Of a DNA stretch of 64,000 nt, positions 11,605-25,900 are shown one piece after another. The notes under the pieces are model-generated. The model had not been told where the DNA came from. It saw nothing but the letters and a program-made list of their open reading frames with translations, and searched no databases. How positions within the stretch are numbered: the stretch's first letter is position 1; every line of letters begins with the position of its first letter. The stretch comes from Ascidiella aspersa. Lineage: Eukaryota. The stretch is taken from the NCBI GenBank assembly GCA_963924565.1, contig OZ004612.1, positions 14,694,001-14,758,000 of the forward strand, written 5' to 3'. The position numbers and the translations under genes are program-made.

Positions 11605-14005
11605 CAATATTTATTGTAAGCCTCTCGAAAATTTAGGTCGTTATTCAAGTGTAATCAGTAGCCTACTAATCACCATGTACGTTCTCAAACCTAAATTTGC
11701 GAATAATTACTCAACTTTTTTAATGTTTTCAGGTCAGGTGTGCAAGTCACGTCTCAACACATTGGCAAACTTTTGAAAGCTTTTAAAATCTGTTGGTCAG
11801 CACATTCTGACGCGAAAGAAAAATCGATATTTGCGAAATGACGAAAGCGGTGACCAACTGCGTATTTGCGTCACGGTATTTGCCCGCCTACTGCGCCAAT
11901 CCAAACCCAAGAACGACAAGACGTATAACACGACAAAATGAAGTAACTTTTCCATATAATTCGGAGGGCGTCAACTTAATACACGGGGCCCGAGACTGTG
12001 CCTGCTCAATGTTTGTTCATATATATTTGATTTTGTGTGCGGCGGTAATGCCCGTCTAGGCTGCGCCAGGAAAATGGTTTCCGTTAGGCTATATATTGCG
12101 TGGCATTAATAACGCCGACTTTATTAGGTGTAAGTTCGAGAGGCTGGCATAGCTTTTGTATAAAGGCAACGTACAATGTTGTATGAGTTCTGTTGCGGTG
12201 ATATTGGGCCATCACGTTAAGAACTATATAGTGGCGACATAAAGATCAGAGTAATTACGGCGTAACGTTATTTTAAAGCTGATGTAATATCCAGCAAAAG
12301 TCTATTGCGACAAATGCCCCAAATCAGCTCTTCGTTGAAAGTGTTTGTTCTGCAGCAAAATTAAGGTTAATAAATGTTCAGGTGCATCAACTCGAATGGG
12401 GCAAAGCGACCGGGTGCTTTTATCGACACACAGTTTAATTTTAGACAGTTCCTCTATGATAGAGTTAATTACTTAACTTGTATGTTGAGCCGAACCTTGT
12501 GCGCCTCGTGACCGTGAAAAATCCATTTTCGCAGTTCCTGACGACGACCTGTCCGGTTACGAGTTTGACATTTCTTGATCAAACATTGGTTGTCGCGTCT
12601 GCAGCGCTCTCTCTTTGCCTTTCCGTTATATCGTAAATTACCGTCGATTTTGAATTTAATTATTGTCGACGAAATGTGTTCACAGTTGTGAAATTCTCCC
12701 CTGGTTATGTGCCATTACCATTTAAGTTCAACAGTTAAGCTGTTATGCAAAGTTAATATTGAAAGAACGATTTCTCCTTTGTATCAACACCTTAGCGTGA
12801 AAGCAGGGATGTCCGACACTTGGGTAATTATTCTTAGTTTGGACCAAGCGATAACCGTTATAAACTATTTCGACCGACCCCAGAACTGGAAAATATACAT
12901 TAACTAAATACGCATTTTTTTTCTTTGGAGCATAATGGTTGGAGGTTGTAGTAAGACGTAATCTGTTGATGTTGAAAATGAATAAAGAGTTATTCGAAAC
13001 GTTCAAAATGATACCTACTCCTGTATGGGCTTTGATATTCTTATTGCATTTTTTTTCTGATATAACGAAACTTTTGGATTTTCACCTGATTAGCCTATTA
13101 TAATGAAAGGCCTCTATAAGCGCTTTATGTCGGCTGGGATCACCTGGCGTAATCAAGTAACGTAAAGCACCTACGATCCTACAGTGGCATTAAAAATACA
13201 TAAGCCTTAACCAGAACAGTATTTCCTTTATCACTAGGCTAAGAAGGATTTCTTTCGTGTTTAAGAGTCCCGTCTACCATGCCTGTAAACTACGATTCAC
13301 TTTAAAAGCGAAATTGTTGCGTTGAAATCAACTGAGCAAAACAGGTAAATTATTTTTTATATCGCAAGTTTTTGGCCGCCGTTTTATTTGAATAGTTTTC
13401 TGCACTTTTTTTAACAACTGAAAACCTACCATGAGTCCGACATAAGCTGGTTCAACTTGTCTAAGTTATATATTTTTAAGTGCAGTATTTACGCTATATT
13501 CTCCCGAGATTACAGGTATAATCGCTTGTTACGTGCTATAAAAAACATTAGTAGTGTTTGATTTGCATGTCAAAATCCTTAACTATTGGATTATTCTTTT
13601 AAGTGTTTAACGTTTAAATATATATTTGTTTTTTATAATACAAATATTATGACAGCTCTAGCCACACAAAGTTTTTCGGCATTATAGCGTATTATTTAAT
13701 TTATTCTTTCCACTATACATTTGCTTTTTACTATATCACATATCAAACGATAGGATGTAAAGTTAAGTTCCAAGTCGTACAGGTGTACCGCCATCCGGTT
13801 ACAACTGGAATTTATTAGTCAAATAGAAAAGGTGTGGAGTAGAGAGTTGGCATTGGTCAAAGTTGCATGTAAATTTAGTCGAAGGCTGCGTGTTTAAAAA
13901 AACCCAGTTTAATGTTTAATTAAGCGCTATGTGCAATTGCATCACCCACTAATGCAGACTAACGTCATTCCCGACTGCGTATGAAATTAAATCTATATCC
14001 TAGGG

Positions 14006-14319
14006 CAGTGGTTCTCAACCGGGGTGCAGCGGCACTCTAGGGTGCCATTTTTAACGCTGAAGGGTGCCGTGAGATATTTCAAATAATTTAGGATTCCAGT
14101 TTTTGCTCTATTAGTAATCTTATTGATACAAGTTTTGGTTTACGATAAAGTGCCAAAAATTAAAAGTTTTTTTCTGCCTTGTTGCACAGTTAACATGCTG
14201 TTTCAATGTAGTTTATTGCGACGTTACAGTTAACCACTGAGCAAAAATACGAGCAAGGGTGCCGCGAACTATGTATAATTTCTGTAGGGCCGCAAGCCAA
14301 AAAGGGTTGCGAGACTCTG
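14006..14319. mobile_element. Degenerate hAT MITE
   Basis: CAGTGGTTCTCAACC ... GGTTGCGAGACTCTG; internal AGGGTGCC repeats; TSD TCCTAGGG/TCTTAGCG (6/8). Confidence 0.75.
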
Positions 14320-14601
14320 TCTTAGCGTGTAGTCTTGTTTTTTTACTAGGGTTAGCTGTGTTCTTCGCTGCTTTTCTCTAAGCGCATTGGAACCAGGACA
14401 AGACTCTTGTTATCGCACTATGTGTGCCAATGCGCGGCAGCTTATAAAAACGTGACATCATGACGATGTGATCGCCTATGTGAATAATTTCAATCTGTTG
14501 ATGGCAGCATGTAAATATAACAAGGACTATACGTGGTGCTTATTTGTGTCTTAAATTTAATACCATGTATATTCAGAAATGCCTAACCGTTTACCTAATG
14601 T

Positions 14602-14678
14602 ACTGTGGGGAATATAAATCGTTAAGTTCGGGGAATACAAATCGTTAAAACAACTGTGGGGAATACAAATCGTTAAGT
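14602..14678. repeat. Three tandem copies of GGGGAATAYAAATCGTTAA
   Basis: Direct inspection. Confidence 0.9.
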
Positions 14679-16673
14679 CTATACGATCTTTACAGTTTGA
14701 ACTATGTGTCATTAAAGATCATTAATATCCTAGCTAAAAAACTAGTAGTATAATTTTGCCAAAAATCTGTCTCGTATATAAAACCTTAACGTTGTCAATC
14801 TAAAAAATATTTTACAGAATATGCTTTAATAAAAACACAACACAATACAATAACGTTTAAACATAACAATGCTGTTTTTACCACATCCCTGGGTAAACGC
14901 CGATTTTCTCGAATTGTGCGCGATGCTATGCGATCTCGTGTCACTTTCTTATGGCGCATGGTACAATTTTATACGAAGCACTTTATCTTGGCACTCTTGC
15001 CTTGAATTATTAATACGCGCGCAGCTCGGCACTCTTTTGTATACGCTTTCCAACATGGAAAAGAAGCCCGAATCATTTCCGCCCGATTTTGCGCACAGAA
15101 AAACAAACTTTTATCGGGGCCCGCATCTGGCCGTCAATCTTCGAATCGATATTTGCCAGGTTCTTGACTGTCGACGCTAAATGGCCGTTCGGCACTTTAT
15201 CGGTTGCTAAAATATTTATTTTCTTTATTTGTGAGCAGTAACGCTGTTGTTTTGGGCACTTCGCGTTGTCCTCCCGATAAACCGAGCGGTATTTCTGCGC
15301 CTTTCTACGTTAATGGTCGCACAATATATTATCCTAAGAATTTGGCGCCGAGGCCGGGACTTGTACACTTCACCATGCTTTGCTTTGTGAAGTCAGCAAT
15401 TACTACTGCGAAGTCGTTTCTATGTCCTGACTTAAATTCCCTATTTTGGGGCTTATTCATCCTTTTGTCATACGCTGCAGAAAGGAAATGAGTCACCTTG
15501 GAATTTTTTCGGTTTATTTAATTTGCGCACCGTGAGCATCACACTTTATGAATTATTTGTGTTGAAAAAAATAAAGAAAAGTAAGTAACACAAGGCAATG
15601 ATTTTTATTTTACCTGAATAAGAATATAAAGGAGAAGAGAGAAATTTTATGAGAGTGTACTACATACCTTTTAATAAGAATAAGCTGAGCAAATTTAACA
15701 CGTTGTTAAATAAAAAAGTTTGTAATCGCGAAGTAGTTCAGTGTAATTAATGTTAGATTTCATAGATATTGCAAATTAATAATTAAAGTAATTACATAGT
15801 TTTAGTTAAGTTATTTTCGTTAATTAAGAATAAATTATTGTTCTTTAAATGTGATCACTGTTAAGCCTACTATATGGGCGGCAATTCATGGTTTTGAATT
15901 ACATTTATTATTATAAACCACGTGGCGGCGTCTTCGTATTAAATTCATAGCTAAATGTCGTCCCCAGAGAATAGGCTTTGATGTCCCAAACCAATTTCGT
16001 GTTTTGGCCGGTCGCCATTGATCCTTCATGACGCCCTATTAGCCTTATATGTAGGCCTACGATACAAAGTATTGTTACGTTTTCCATCGTTTCTGGTCAA
16101 GAGCCAAATCGCGTGACAGATCCGTTTGAACTAACCGGTGACCTTAGTTATATTTCCTTGGGAACAGCTGGTTATAGTGGCCTTACAATAGCGTTTTTAC
16201 AGTGCATAAGCTTACTTCTGGCCTTGGTTTATTTATTGCTATTTGAAGGGAGGTCCTGGACCGGTAATTGCGTTTCGTCCAGACAGGTTTACAACCCAAT
16301 GTTCATGTATAATTGAATGTGATGCTTTCTTCCCAGAGCACCAGGCCCTTCGGTATAAGGCAGAGAAAGAAGTGAAAAATTATTTATTGACAAATCTTGG
16401 CAAAAGTTTTTACTTGCGAACTCCCGTCGTGGCATGTAAATTCTGTTTTGATTTTATGGGTATACCATTTTGGTTTCCTAACGAAGACCAGTAAAGGTTT
16501 AATTGTTAATTGCCTTTTTTAATAAGTTTTTGAAAAGAACCACAAATAGATATAGATCTGCTAAGATGGGAAAACTACTGTTATCGTTGATTGGAAGGTG
16601 ATTTTTGGACTGCTGTGTAATTTTTCTCTTTTCACAACCAAGTAATCTATCGTCAAAAATAGTTCTTCAATCC

Positions 16674-16964
16674 CAGGGGTTCTCAAACTGGGGTACGCGA
16701 GAGTATTGAATTTATTTCTTTTTTTATCAAAATAGATATTCAAAACTAAAACAGTCACACTCCTGTTCATAACCACACGTCACACCGAAAATGTTATCGG
16801 AATTTCTTGCGCTGTTTTTGTATTATGTAGTTACACTGTGTAGGCCTACTATTTTTATACACAAATACGTTATTATATATTAATAACAAAACCTATCTCT
16901 GAGTGCTTCGCAAATCATCAAAACTTTTACAATGGTATCGCGAGGAAAAGTGTTCGGACCAGTG
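16674..16964. mobile_element. Degenerate hAT MITE
   Basis: Left end CAGGGGTTCTCAAACTGGGGTACGCG; decayed right end GGTATCGCGAGGAAAAGTGTTCGGACCAGTG; no clear TSD. Confidence 0.55.
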
Positions 16965-17221
16965 CGTTATAAAATGTCGGCCATCTTTCGTATTTAAGTT
17001 GCCTACAGATTTATTTTCAAGCAACGCAAATAATCGTAGAATAACTGCTTGGTAAGATTTAGTTATACAAATGCTGTTGTAGTATTTTTGGTAACAAGTT
17101 GTTAATGTAGTTATGCAATACTGTATTTATGGCATTGGTGAAAGAAGAATAATTTTCTTAACGAAACAAATTTTTTTTAAACTTAACGTCACAATATTAC
17201 GTCACAACGGTACGTCTACAG

Positions 17222-17560
17222 CAGGGGTACTTAAACTGGGGTCCATGGACCCCCTGGAGGTCCGTGAACTAGTTTTAGGGAGTCCATGAAGGCCCAATTA
17301 AAAAACTATAGTAATTAATTTTTAAAAGAAAACACTTTAATTAAAAATTAAACGGTTTTGCACTGAATGTATAGTTAGACTCCATTTAACTTTCACATTT
17401 TTCGGACCGAAATAACAGAGTCATAAAGTCTATTTGTTTTGGGACGTCAATTTATGATGTCATTTTGAAGCATTTCTTGTCTAACTGAGTCCATGCAAAG
17501 CAAAAAAAAATTTTTTACAAAAATTAGGGGTCCGTGGTAAAAAAAGTGTAAGAACCCCTG
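17222..17560. mobile_element. hAT-superfamily MITE
   Basis: TIRs CAGGGGTACTTAAACT / AGTGTAAGAACCCCTG (14/16); perfect 8-bp TSD GTCTACAG at 17214-17221 and 17561-17568; subterminal GGGGTCCRTG repeats. Confidence 0.9.
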
Positions 17561-20500
17561 GTCTACAGCAAGTAATCTTAGGAAACCTGAGGTTATCGTT
17601 CGTTGACGTCCACGAATATGCAACATAATCTAGTTGAGATACATTCAAGGAGACCGCGGGGTGGCTTGGTAAAAGAAAAACCTTTTTTTTTAATATTTTT
17701 TTTTCGGTTACTTTTCACCACTGGTTCATAGATATTTGGCCTAACCATGACTATGAATAAAATCGTACTAAAGCAGTTGACATTTCAAACAGGTATAAAA
17801 GCATAAAATGATTGATTTCTACAAAAATATATATTTCGCAGTATGGAATACTCACTTAGGACTTGATTAATACACATTCAAATATTTATGTCAAAAGTAG
17901 AACATAATAATGATTACACTACAGTGCCATTAACATGTTTCAAGCGATGTCTATGTCTGACGTCACAAGAGATGTGTTTTTCCAATGGATTAACACGAAA
18001 AAAGCGAACGACCGACGTTCGGTTATTTGTCAGTCGAGCGTCTGGTTGAAGGTCGTTGTAGTTTTTAGCGTTGGAAAGTTTTTAGATGGTGCAGAAAAAC
18101 TTGTGCAGGTTTTCAAACAATACAATAGATATTTACTTTTACAGTTTACTTTACGTAATGCTCTACTACGAGGCCATAGTTTCCTGTTGACAATCTTTTT
18201 AATTAGATTTCCAAAGAAAAGAACGTGTGGGACATTTTATTTATCGCCTTTCTAACTGGTCAACTCAGGTACTGTGCTATAAAAAAGCTTACCGTGTTTA
18301 GGCCAGAAAACGTCTTCAGAGTTTATATATCAATATTCGTATTTCTCAGACATCCTGTCGTATTACTTTTTGTGTAGCTTGCACCTATTTAAAGATACTT
18401 TTAATGAAAGCCTAATACCGTTTAGTGATTAAAATCGTATTGAGTTTTCAAAAAATGTGTGTAACGAAACCATGATCGCTTAGAACTACTATCCGAATAA
18501 GTACTAATTAAAATGTACTGCAAGTGCAAGGGTTAAGCGATATTCTGGTTTTGCAAATATTACGGGCAGCAAGAAAATAACTTATTTTTAAAACGTATGG
18601 GACAATATATTAGGATTTCATGAATTGAGACTCAGTAAGCCAAATTGATATCCATGCTTATTTGAAAGCAACTGATCTTACTGATCTGCCACTTCAAGTC
18701 GTCAGGTTAAAAGCATGCAACTTTGTGCTCTGACCTTAAAGTTATCACGTTTCGGGAGGTTTTGCATTACACATTTTTAATGTGATCATAGCCGCGTGGA
18801 TTTAACACTCTTAAAACTGCTAATTCTGCCAAAATAACTTACAGTTAAAACAAATTCTGGCGCTTTGCGCAAACCTAGTAGGCTATGGCTATCGTACTCA
18901 CAGCTTTCCAACATAAAAGTTTCACAAGATAAACACACACCACGTTATTTTTGCGATCGGCGCAAATCTATTTGCGCCAGTCCATACAGCTGCAAGGTAA
19001 AATGTCCTTAACAAGTCTTCTCTAAATAAAATGTTTTGCAGTTTAAACCTAATAAACGCATATTTTGTTCGCATTTTGCACGAACGTCATGCCTCTAATG
19101 TGTTTTGACTCGATTTCATTTTCACATTTGTGCACGAATACGACGAAAAGCTGTAAGGTTGCTTTCATGACGTTAATAAATCCTGGAACCGCCCCTGTCG
19201 ACGCCTAAGCAAAATTACATTTTTTGCCTGTTTAATATGCGCGGGTAGAATAACATGACTGTGTTAAGCTTTATGCTGTCAACAATCAGTAGAACAGCAG
19301 CTGTCTAGAAAGCGCTAAAAAGGTTTTAAAAGTTCAACTTTTAGACAAAAAGGGGCGTTTGTTTCGTTTAAAGCGCGTGCTAAGTAACCTTAAGTTTACG
19401 AGGCAGCTAAACGTTCTGGCGTAAAACCGAAAAGTGTGTATTGTGATGGAATTGTGTATCTCAAAATCCCGTGGTAGTACTAGTAACACAGTCCGCAACG
19501 GGTTTTTAGGTTGGACTTTACCAATCAAGTAAGTTTAAGCAAAGTAGGATATCTTGAAATCAGGTAGTACGCAGTAAAAGCAAAAATACATTAAACATTA
19601 GTCGACCAGATAACACTTGGACAAAAATTAGTAAAACGGTCCAAAAAATAAGTTTCATCGGGCTTCTTCGACAATCCTAATTTCAGTCATAGATACATTT
19701 CATCGTTTTGAACAGCTACAGCTCAGTAAATGTGGTTCCATGTAGACTTTTGCTCGTAAAACCTGTTCCCAATTGTACTTCACTTCGATCGGTCGTTGCG
19801 ATCTGACGATGATTGGTCTACTTTTGCTAGGCAATTATCAGTAATTAAAACGTAACGGTAGATGGTTGCAATCCAAAGGGTTGCGCTATCGATTTTAATC
19901 GCAGTGTCAGGCGCCCTGCAGTCAAAATCAGCCATCGGCAGAATTAAAAGAGCTGTTGTCGCGAAGGCACGGGGCGTTTCAGCGGTAATTGCTTTTCCAG
20001 CGAGTTTGGTAACATTACACAAGCTAAGGCAATTAACAGATAGCTTCAAAAGGTACGTTGTCCTCGTCGCAATTCGTCCAAAGCGTTTTACTATCACGTT
20101 CAAAAATGTTGTGAAACACTTCTGCAGTCAGCCTGTAGTAGTTTAAATTTGCTTAGCAATTTTGTTAAGCCTACTTTGTTGAATATTTTTGGTCTTCAAT
20201 CAGAGGATTCAGTTCAAATAATTAGGAAATTATATATCGCAGTGTAGATTTGATAGGTTAGGAGATTTTTTTTGTAATTTTCTTAAATCTTTTAAAATAA
20301 CAACAGTTTCTTGAGCAGCATACTTTAAAAAGAAAATTTTGTTTGACTATAATTACATTTTTGTTGGTATTTTATTTTCCCCAATTTTATGGAGTGTGTG
20401 CTTTATGAGCCCAATGTTTGCATATCTTACGCCGGAAAGCTCTATGCTTTGATTAATCATCTTTTGGTGATGGAGTGTTTTTAGGTCTGATTATAGCGTT

Positions 20501-21299
20501 CGCATGCAGATTTCCTATTGTGCTTCGCGTTGTACAGTTATCGACGTACGGATTAGGAGACAGACAGGGAGCGTTTGTGAGATTAAAACGGGATCAGGGA
20601 ATGATTAAAATTCGCGATTAGCGAAATTAAATTCAGTTTCAACCTTTCCACTTAGGTGTAGTTGTATATCTACCGTTTGTTTAATTATATAGGAAAATAC
20701 CTTTACCTGTAAGTGTTCGGAAAACATGTTTTTACAAGATTTCGATATATTGAAAAATAAAATGAAATTTAGGATTTTAAATCTTTTTGTAAAATCATAC
20801 CGTTCTTACTTTAGGCCAGTCAATATTACCACTTACAATCAAGTCGCCTCTTTTACGGACTATTTTTGCACCATTAAGGCCAGACAGCTGTGCTATAAGC
20901 GACTATTGGGGAATGAAACAGGCAATGTAGTAAAAGAAGTCTAGCAAGTTCGGAAATATTTCAAGATCGAAAAATGATCCTACTTCTTGCTGGTACCCAA
21001 CTATTCCCAAGGTCTCCCTAAATGCAATTTCGATTCGAACTTAGAACAAAATCGACACTGGAAAACAGCGTGAACGTCAAGCTCTTGGTTTCCCTTTAAT
21101 ATTGCTCTCTACAGAGACGTGCAATCCACAATACAAAAAAGCGACGAAGGCGGAAAGAAACAGATAGAAGGGCGCGCCGGGAAACTCTATTAAGGTCCCG
21201 TCGAAGCGCCAATGAATAATGCATGCAAAAGTGGTGCGCCAATGCTCGCTGCCGGGAACAAAAACTATTAGCGCTTGTGGGCGACAAGGTGAGCTTGTT

Positions 21300-21430
21300 G
21301 CCGATGACCTGTTGCGCACTCCGTCGTCTTACTGCTGCTGCTTCCCCGGGCACTCTGGCAGAATTGATTTTCCTTGAGAACTTTGCCAGCCTTTCGAAGT
21401 TCGAACCCGAAAGTTACACACAGATGTGAG
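21300..21430 (+). promoter_or_regulatory. Candidate neurexin non-coding first exon within a GC-rich promoter island (start approximate)
   Basis: CpG-rich 21100-21430 ending in donor GAG|gtaaat at 21430/21431; matching acceptor cttttctgttcctcag ending 21978, with a ctaac branch-like motif upstream. Confidence 0.5.
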
Positions 21431-22132
21431 GTAAATGAATCCGATTGTTGTTGTTAGCCGCCTGTATACGCGACCACGGTGTGGTGTTTGTCTCGTTTCA
21501 AATCAGCAAGACAGAGTTTCCCTACTACGAAGCAAATATTTGGCTGTAAATAAGCAAACTTCAGGGTGGATGCACCCTTTACTGTTGTTTTTCACCACAG
21601 ATTATAAAAAGTTCAGAGCTGTTTTTAGTTGTATTTGTACGTTTGGAAAACAGGATTTTGTGTTACAAATATTAGTGTCGCTTGACATTGCTTGCATTTT
21701 TCTACAAAGGATGCTTATGCCGGTATAACACCTTTTCGGGTAATTAATTTAATATGCGTTTCGTTTTTGAGATATTCTCAGTTAACAGAATTTTTTTGGA
21801 CACGTTAAATGTAGTGGCATTTGATTGTACTATCTATGAATTGTTATTGCGGTCACTCTTTGATGCATCGCATTCTCGTGTAAATGTACTGTGTAAGACA
21901 AATTAAAATTTAAACCATCAAGTTTCTGCTATGAATAATGACTAACCCCCTATTTTCCATATCTTTTCTGTTCCTCAGATGCCAACGTACCTTATTCGTT
22001 TGTAGCGTTAACGATTAGGATTGCCGCGCAGTAGAAATTCGAATAAATAATCCAATATAAACTATATACTGACCATAGTTTGGCTACTACTAAGCCTTGG
22101 CGAAAGATTCTCGGTCGACGTCACAAAAAGCC

Positions 22133-22914
22133 ATGCGCGGTTGCCCCCTGTTGGCCTTGCTGCTCGCGCTCGTAGGCGTCATCAGCGCGCAGGCCACCTG
22201 GAATAGCGAATCGGAGTTGTCCATGTTCGCAACCAAGCAAAAGCAGAAGCCGCTGTACAATTCTCGCGCCTACGCTGTCGGGGAGGGCCTGGACGGCAGT
22301 GGCCCCTCCAACAGGTCTATGATGAGCGAGCTTGTGTCGCTTTCGTCCTACTTCTTTAACGGCATGGACGGGCAATTCGCTGAGTTTCCCGTTTGGGAAG
22401 CTGACCCGGTGGGTGGAGTTGGCAAGTCCCTCAGCCTATCCTTCCAGTTTCGCACTCAGCTCGAAAACGCATTTCTGCTCTACGTGGATGATGGCGGCGA
22501 CTTGAGCTTCCTTGCCGTCACGGTTACGAACCGCGCGGTGCGACTGCGCTTCAAGTTTGGCCTACCCAGAACCGTCGTCATCACTCTAGGCTCGAATCTC
22601 AACGACAACCGGTGGCACACTGTGCAGATCGAAAAGTCCTTTCCATCGGTGCGTCTCACCGTCGACGGGAGGTCGAATCAGCAGTCGGTTGCCTCTACCG
22701 GCGCCGCTCAAGACCTGTTGACGAGATCTTCCACCTATATTGGTGGTCTGCCCAGTAGCTATAAGATCGGCCAGCTAGCGCTGCCTTCCATCTACTTTGA
22801 GCGCAAGTTTGCCGGCTGGATGCGACAGATCGCTTTCAACGGACACTACGTTTCGCCCACCAGAAAGTTCGATGTGCTGGAACAGGTGGTCGACGAGTCC
22901 TGCAGTGAATTCAG
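22133..22914 (+). CDS. NRXN: Neurexin exon: signal peptide, N-terminal extension, LNS1
   Basis: gccATG Kozak context; [21 protein letters not shown]; [30 protein letters not shown]; donor AG|gttggt. Confidence 0.93.
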
Positions 22915-25900
22915 GTTGGTGAACGTTTTTTAGTGAATTATCGCAGTATAACTGCAACTATCGGTTTTCTGAAAGCGAGCACACCACCTTGTCACGTGAG
23001 GCAGTTATTAACTGTGATTTGCAGGAATCCGTGTCGCAACAACGGAGTGTGCTACAGACAGGGCCAGCAGACCGCTTGCGACTGTTCGGGGACATCTTTC
23101 TCCGGCCAATACTGCGACCAACGTGAGTGGACTATTGTGTGTGGCCGATACTGCCGGCTTGCTAGTTGATGTATATGCGCTTTGGACGTAGAAAAATTCT
23201 CGCTTTGACTGATTTGCAATTTGCGATTTAAATGCATGGCGGCCGGGGTGTATGGTGTGCACTCCGCAGACCGAGAATGTCCTGCGTTATTAGATTACTG
23301 CTGGTTATGTTATCATTCTTATTTTTGAATGAAACCTGAATTGTAATTGCTTGTTACAACCATTATGCAGATAGTTTTTGGTTGACGGAAAATTTTCAAC
23401 TAACCAGCCATTTTTAAAACATTTATTTAATCTGTATTTTATATGCAATGAGGCATACGCCACCGTATGCATGTAGCAGTAACCAGTAGTTCGTCAGTAA
23501 TAGCTTTGTTATTAACTACATTAAATGTCATTGTAAAATAGGTAGCCTAACCCATGTAACGTACAAAGTCATCACTTTTCATGTAGGCTGTATATGTCCA
23601 ATTTTAGCACTACCAATATGCGTATTTTCAAGTAGAAGATATAGGATTCAACAGCAGTAAAATCACGACTGAGCAAATTGCAACAGTAGTTCATCATTAA
23701 AACTTAACCGATGAAAACTGATTTTGTTAATTTATATCTTATAAAACATAACTGACATAATCAATTAACTCGGTTGTTTACGCGTTAGCGTACCAACTTT
23801 TCGATGCAATGATGAATGATGCCCCAGGTGAGAATAAATGTCCACATTGTGTACTAATCCCTTCAAAACGCTGACTCGTGGATTAATTATTATTTGGTTC
23901 CCGCAGGAACCTAACCACTTACTATAACTTAAAAATTACACTCTGGATACTGGTGATGCAGCATCCAGATTTGTGTACGCAAAAACAAACAAATACCCTT
24001 TTTCCATGATGCGTTTTTCCACAAGTCAGCGTATATATAATCCCTGTTTCGCTTATCACCTCATTTTACCATTCGTGATGTGGACCGTTCTTCCGTCATT
24101 CGCCCATATTGAATACAAAATATATACTTTTTTATGTGTATTTGTACAGTCCCACAAAAATGCCGATTGTCAAAAAATTGGTACGCCATTTAATCTTTTG
24201 AATACACTAACAGCGGTATTTTCCACCGATTTTAACCAACGTAGGTATAACTACAAAACTATTGCTAGCTTAAAAACTGGCCTTTAGTCAAAAGTAAGAA
24301 TATTTTGACAGAAACGAATGTATTTCTTTTTTCTGATGGATATGTGTTTGTACATTATACTGCAAGTAGGAAGGGGTCCGATAATATCGGATCGGAGTAC
24401 ATCCTTAATGGCAAGTGGTAGTATTGGTACTCGTCCAATAATGGAACGATATCGGTGCTGATCCGATACCATATTAACATAAGTGGTTCAGTCATAATTT
24501 GCTAATCCGACGCAGCAATTTCTACCAGAGGTTAACTAATAAAAAAAGCAAGTTATCAACTGAAACGCTAAAATGAATTTAGGCTTCATACGCGAAATAC
24601 ACAACTTTTACGTTTCAGTTTTATCTATTTTTCTCTTTGGGCATAGTAATGAGTTAATGGCATAGGTTTGGATCGGTTGGGATTACGATATTTTTGTCTC
24701 AAATATCGGGTATCTATGTATGAAAATAAGATGTCAATATCGGACAATGCTAATTTCAAGCATCAGTCTCCTAAAAGTCGTTCTGTATTTTCAGACGATA
24801 TATTGCAGTGTTTTTGCCTCTGTATCAAGGGAACGTCTACCACACTGTTTCTCTTTCCGCCGGGTTAAACAACAGATAAAGTAGATTTCGTTAAAAGGTT
24901 TGCCTCCCGGTTTAGATTGTGAAGCAGCACACGTACACCAGAGACTAGTACTCAGTGTGGCCGACAAGGTCAAGAGTTTGTTACAAGCCGATTGCTCCGC
25001 GATCGGTGATACTGATTTTTTGGTCAAATTCAATTTAATTCAATTACATGTATTTGTTTATATCGTAACAATCGAATTGTTAAAAAAAATCGTAACATGA
25101 CGATTTATTTAGATACTGTTCAGCATTTGCTTCAACATATTATCATCACTCCACAAATTTTAATAAAGTTTATAATAAGGTTGCGTAATACATTTTTTCC
25201 GTACAAAAATTTCATTTTTGATGTAGTCTCTAGCTTTTTTACATTTTGACAAATGAATGAACTTTGACTTAAGTCATTGACGCGAAATACGTGCCTTCAA
25301 GTGTTTTTAACATTTTTTGGTTAAATGAAGTACTCGCTGCTTGCTACAAAACATATCACTCATTATCTGACGAGTTCACCCGGTTTTAATAATTTAACAT
25401 TTTTGTTTAAATGTAAATTACTTGACTTCAACTAGACTTGTTAATTGTCAAAATGGTTTAACTTAAAATTAAGTTATTTTGCTAATTATCCGACTGGGAC
25501 TTGAGTAATATATAAAAGGACATGATAAGTACACGGCAAACAAACTATAATAGAAAAACATATGTTTCGTATTTATTTAACTCAAATGTATGTTAATTGT
25601 AGTGCTTTTTGCTTAGTCACACTTCTAGTAATTTTATTTTTCTGTTCGTCATGTCTGATTTGTCGTATTTATTTTGACATTTCTAAACCCGATGCTTTGC
25701 GCATTACAATACGCCAAATCGATATCAAATGACGTCATAATTACTTACCACGGTGTAATACTGTTGAACATACCCTTATATTATCTTCGTAATAATTAAC
25801 TGCTAACTTAATACCACTAATCACATGTTTATTGTTGTGTGTACATAATGCAACTTAAAAAAAAATATTTAAAGCCCAATGAGAAGTAATAAGCAACGCT

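Noticed and set aside
14602-14678. CRISPR-like array
   Set aside because: Three 19-bp units with 3-10 bp gaps in eukaryotic DNA and no cas genes; a simple tandem duplication.
8681-21080. Protein-coding genes among the short ORFs between DDOST and neurexin
   Set aside because: No recognisable domains, many non-ATG starts, and no chain of phase-compatible exons; treated as intergenic or regulatory DNA.
22097-22132. ORF-track N-terminus MAKDSRSTSQKA
   Set aside because: It starts at TTG; the better start is gccATG at 22133, directly before the signal peptide.
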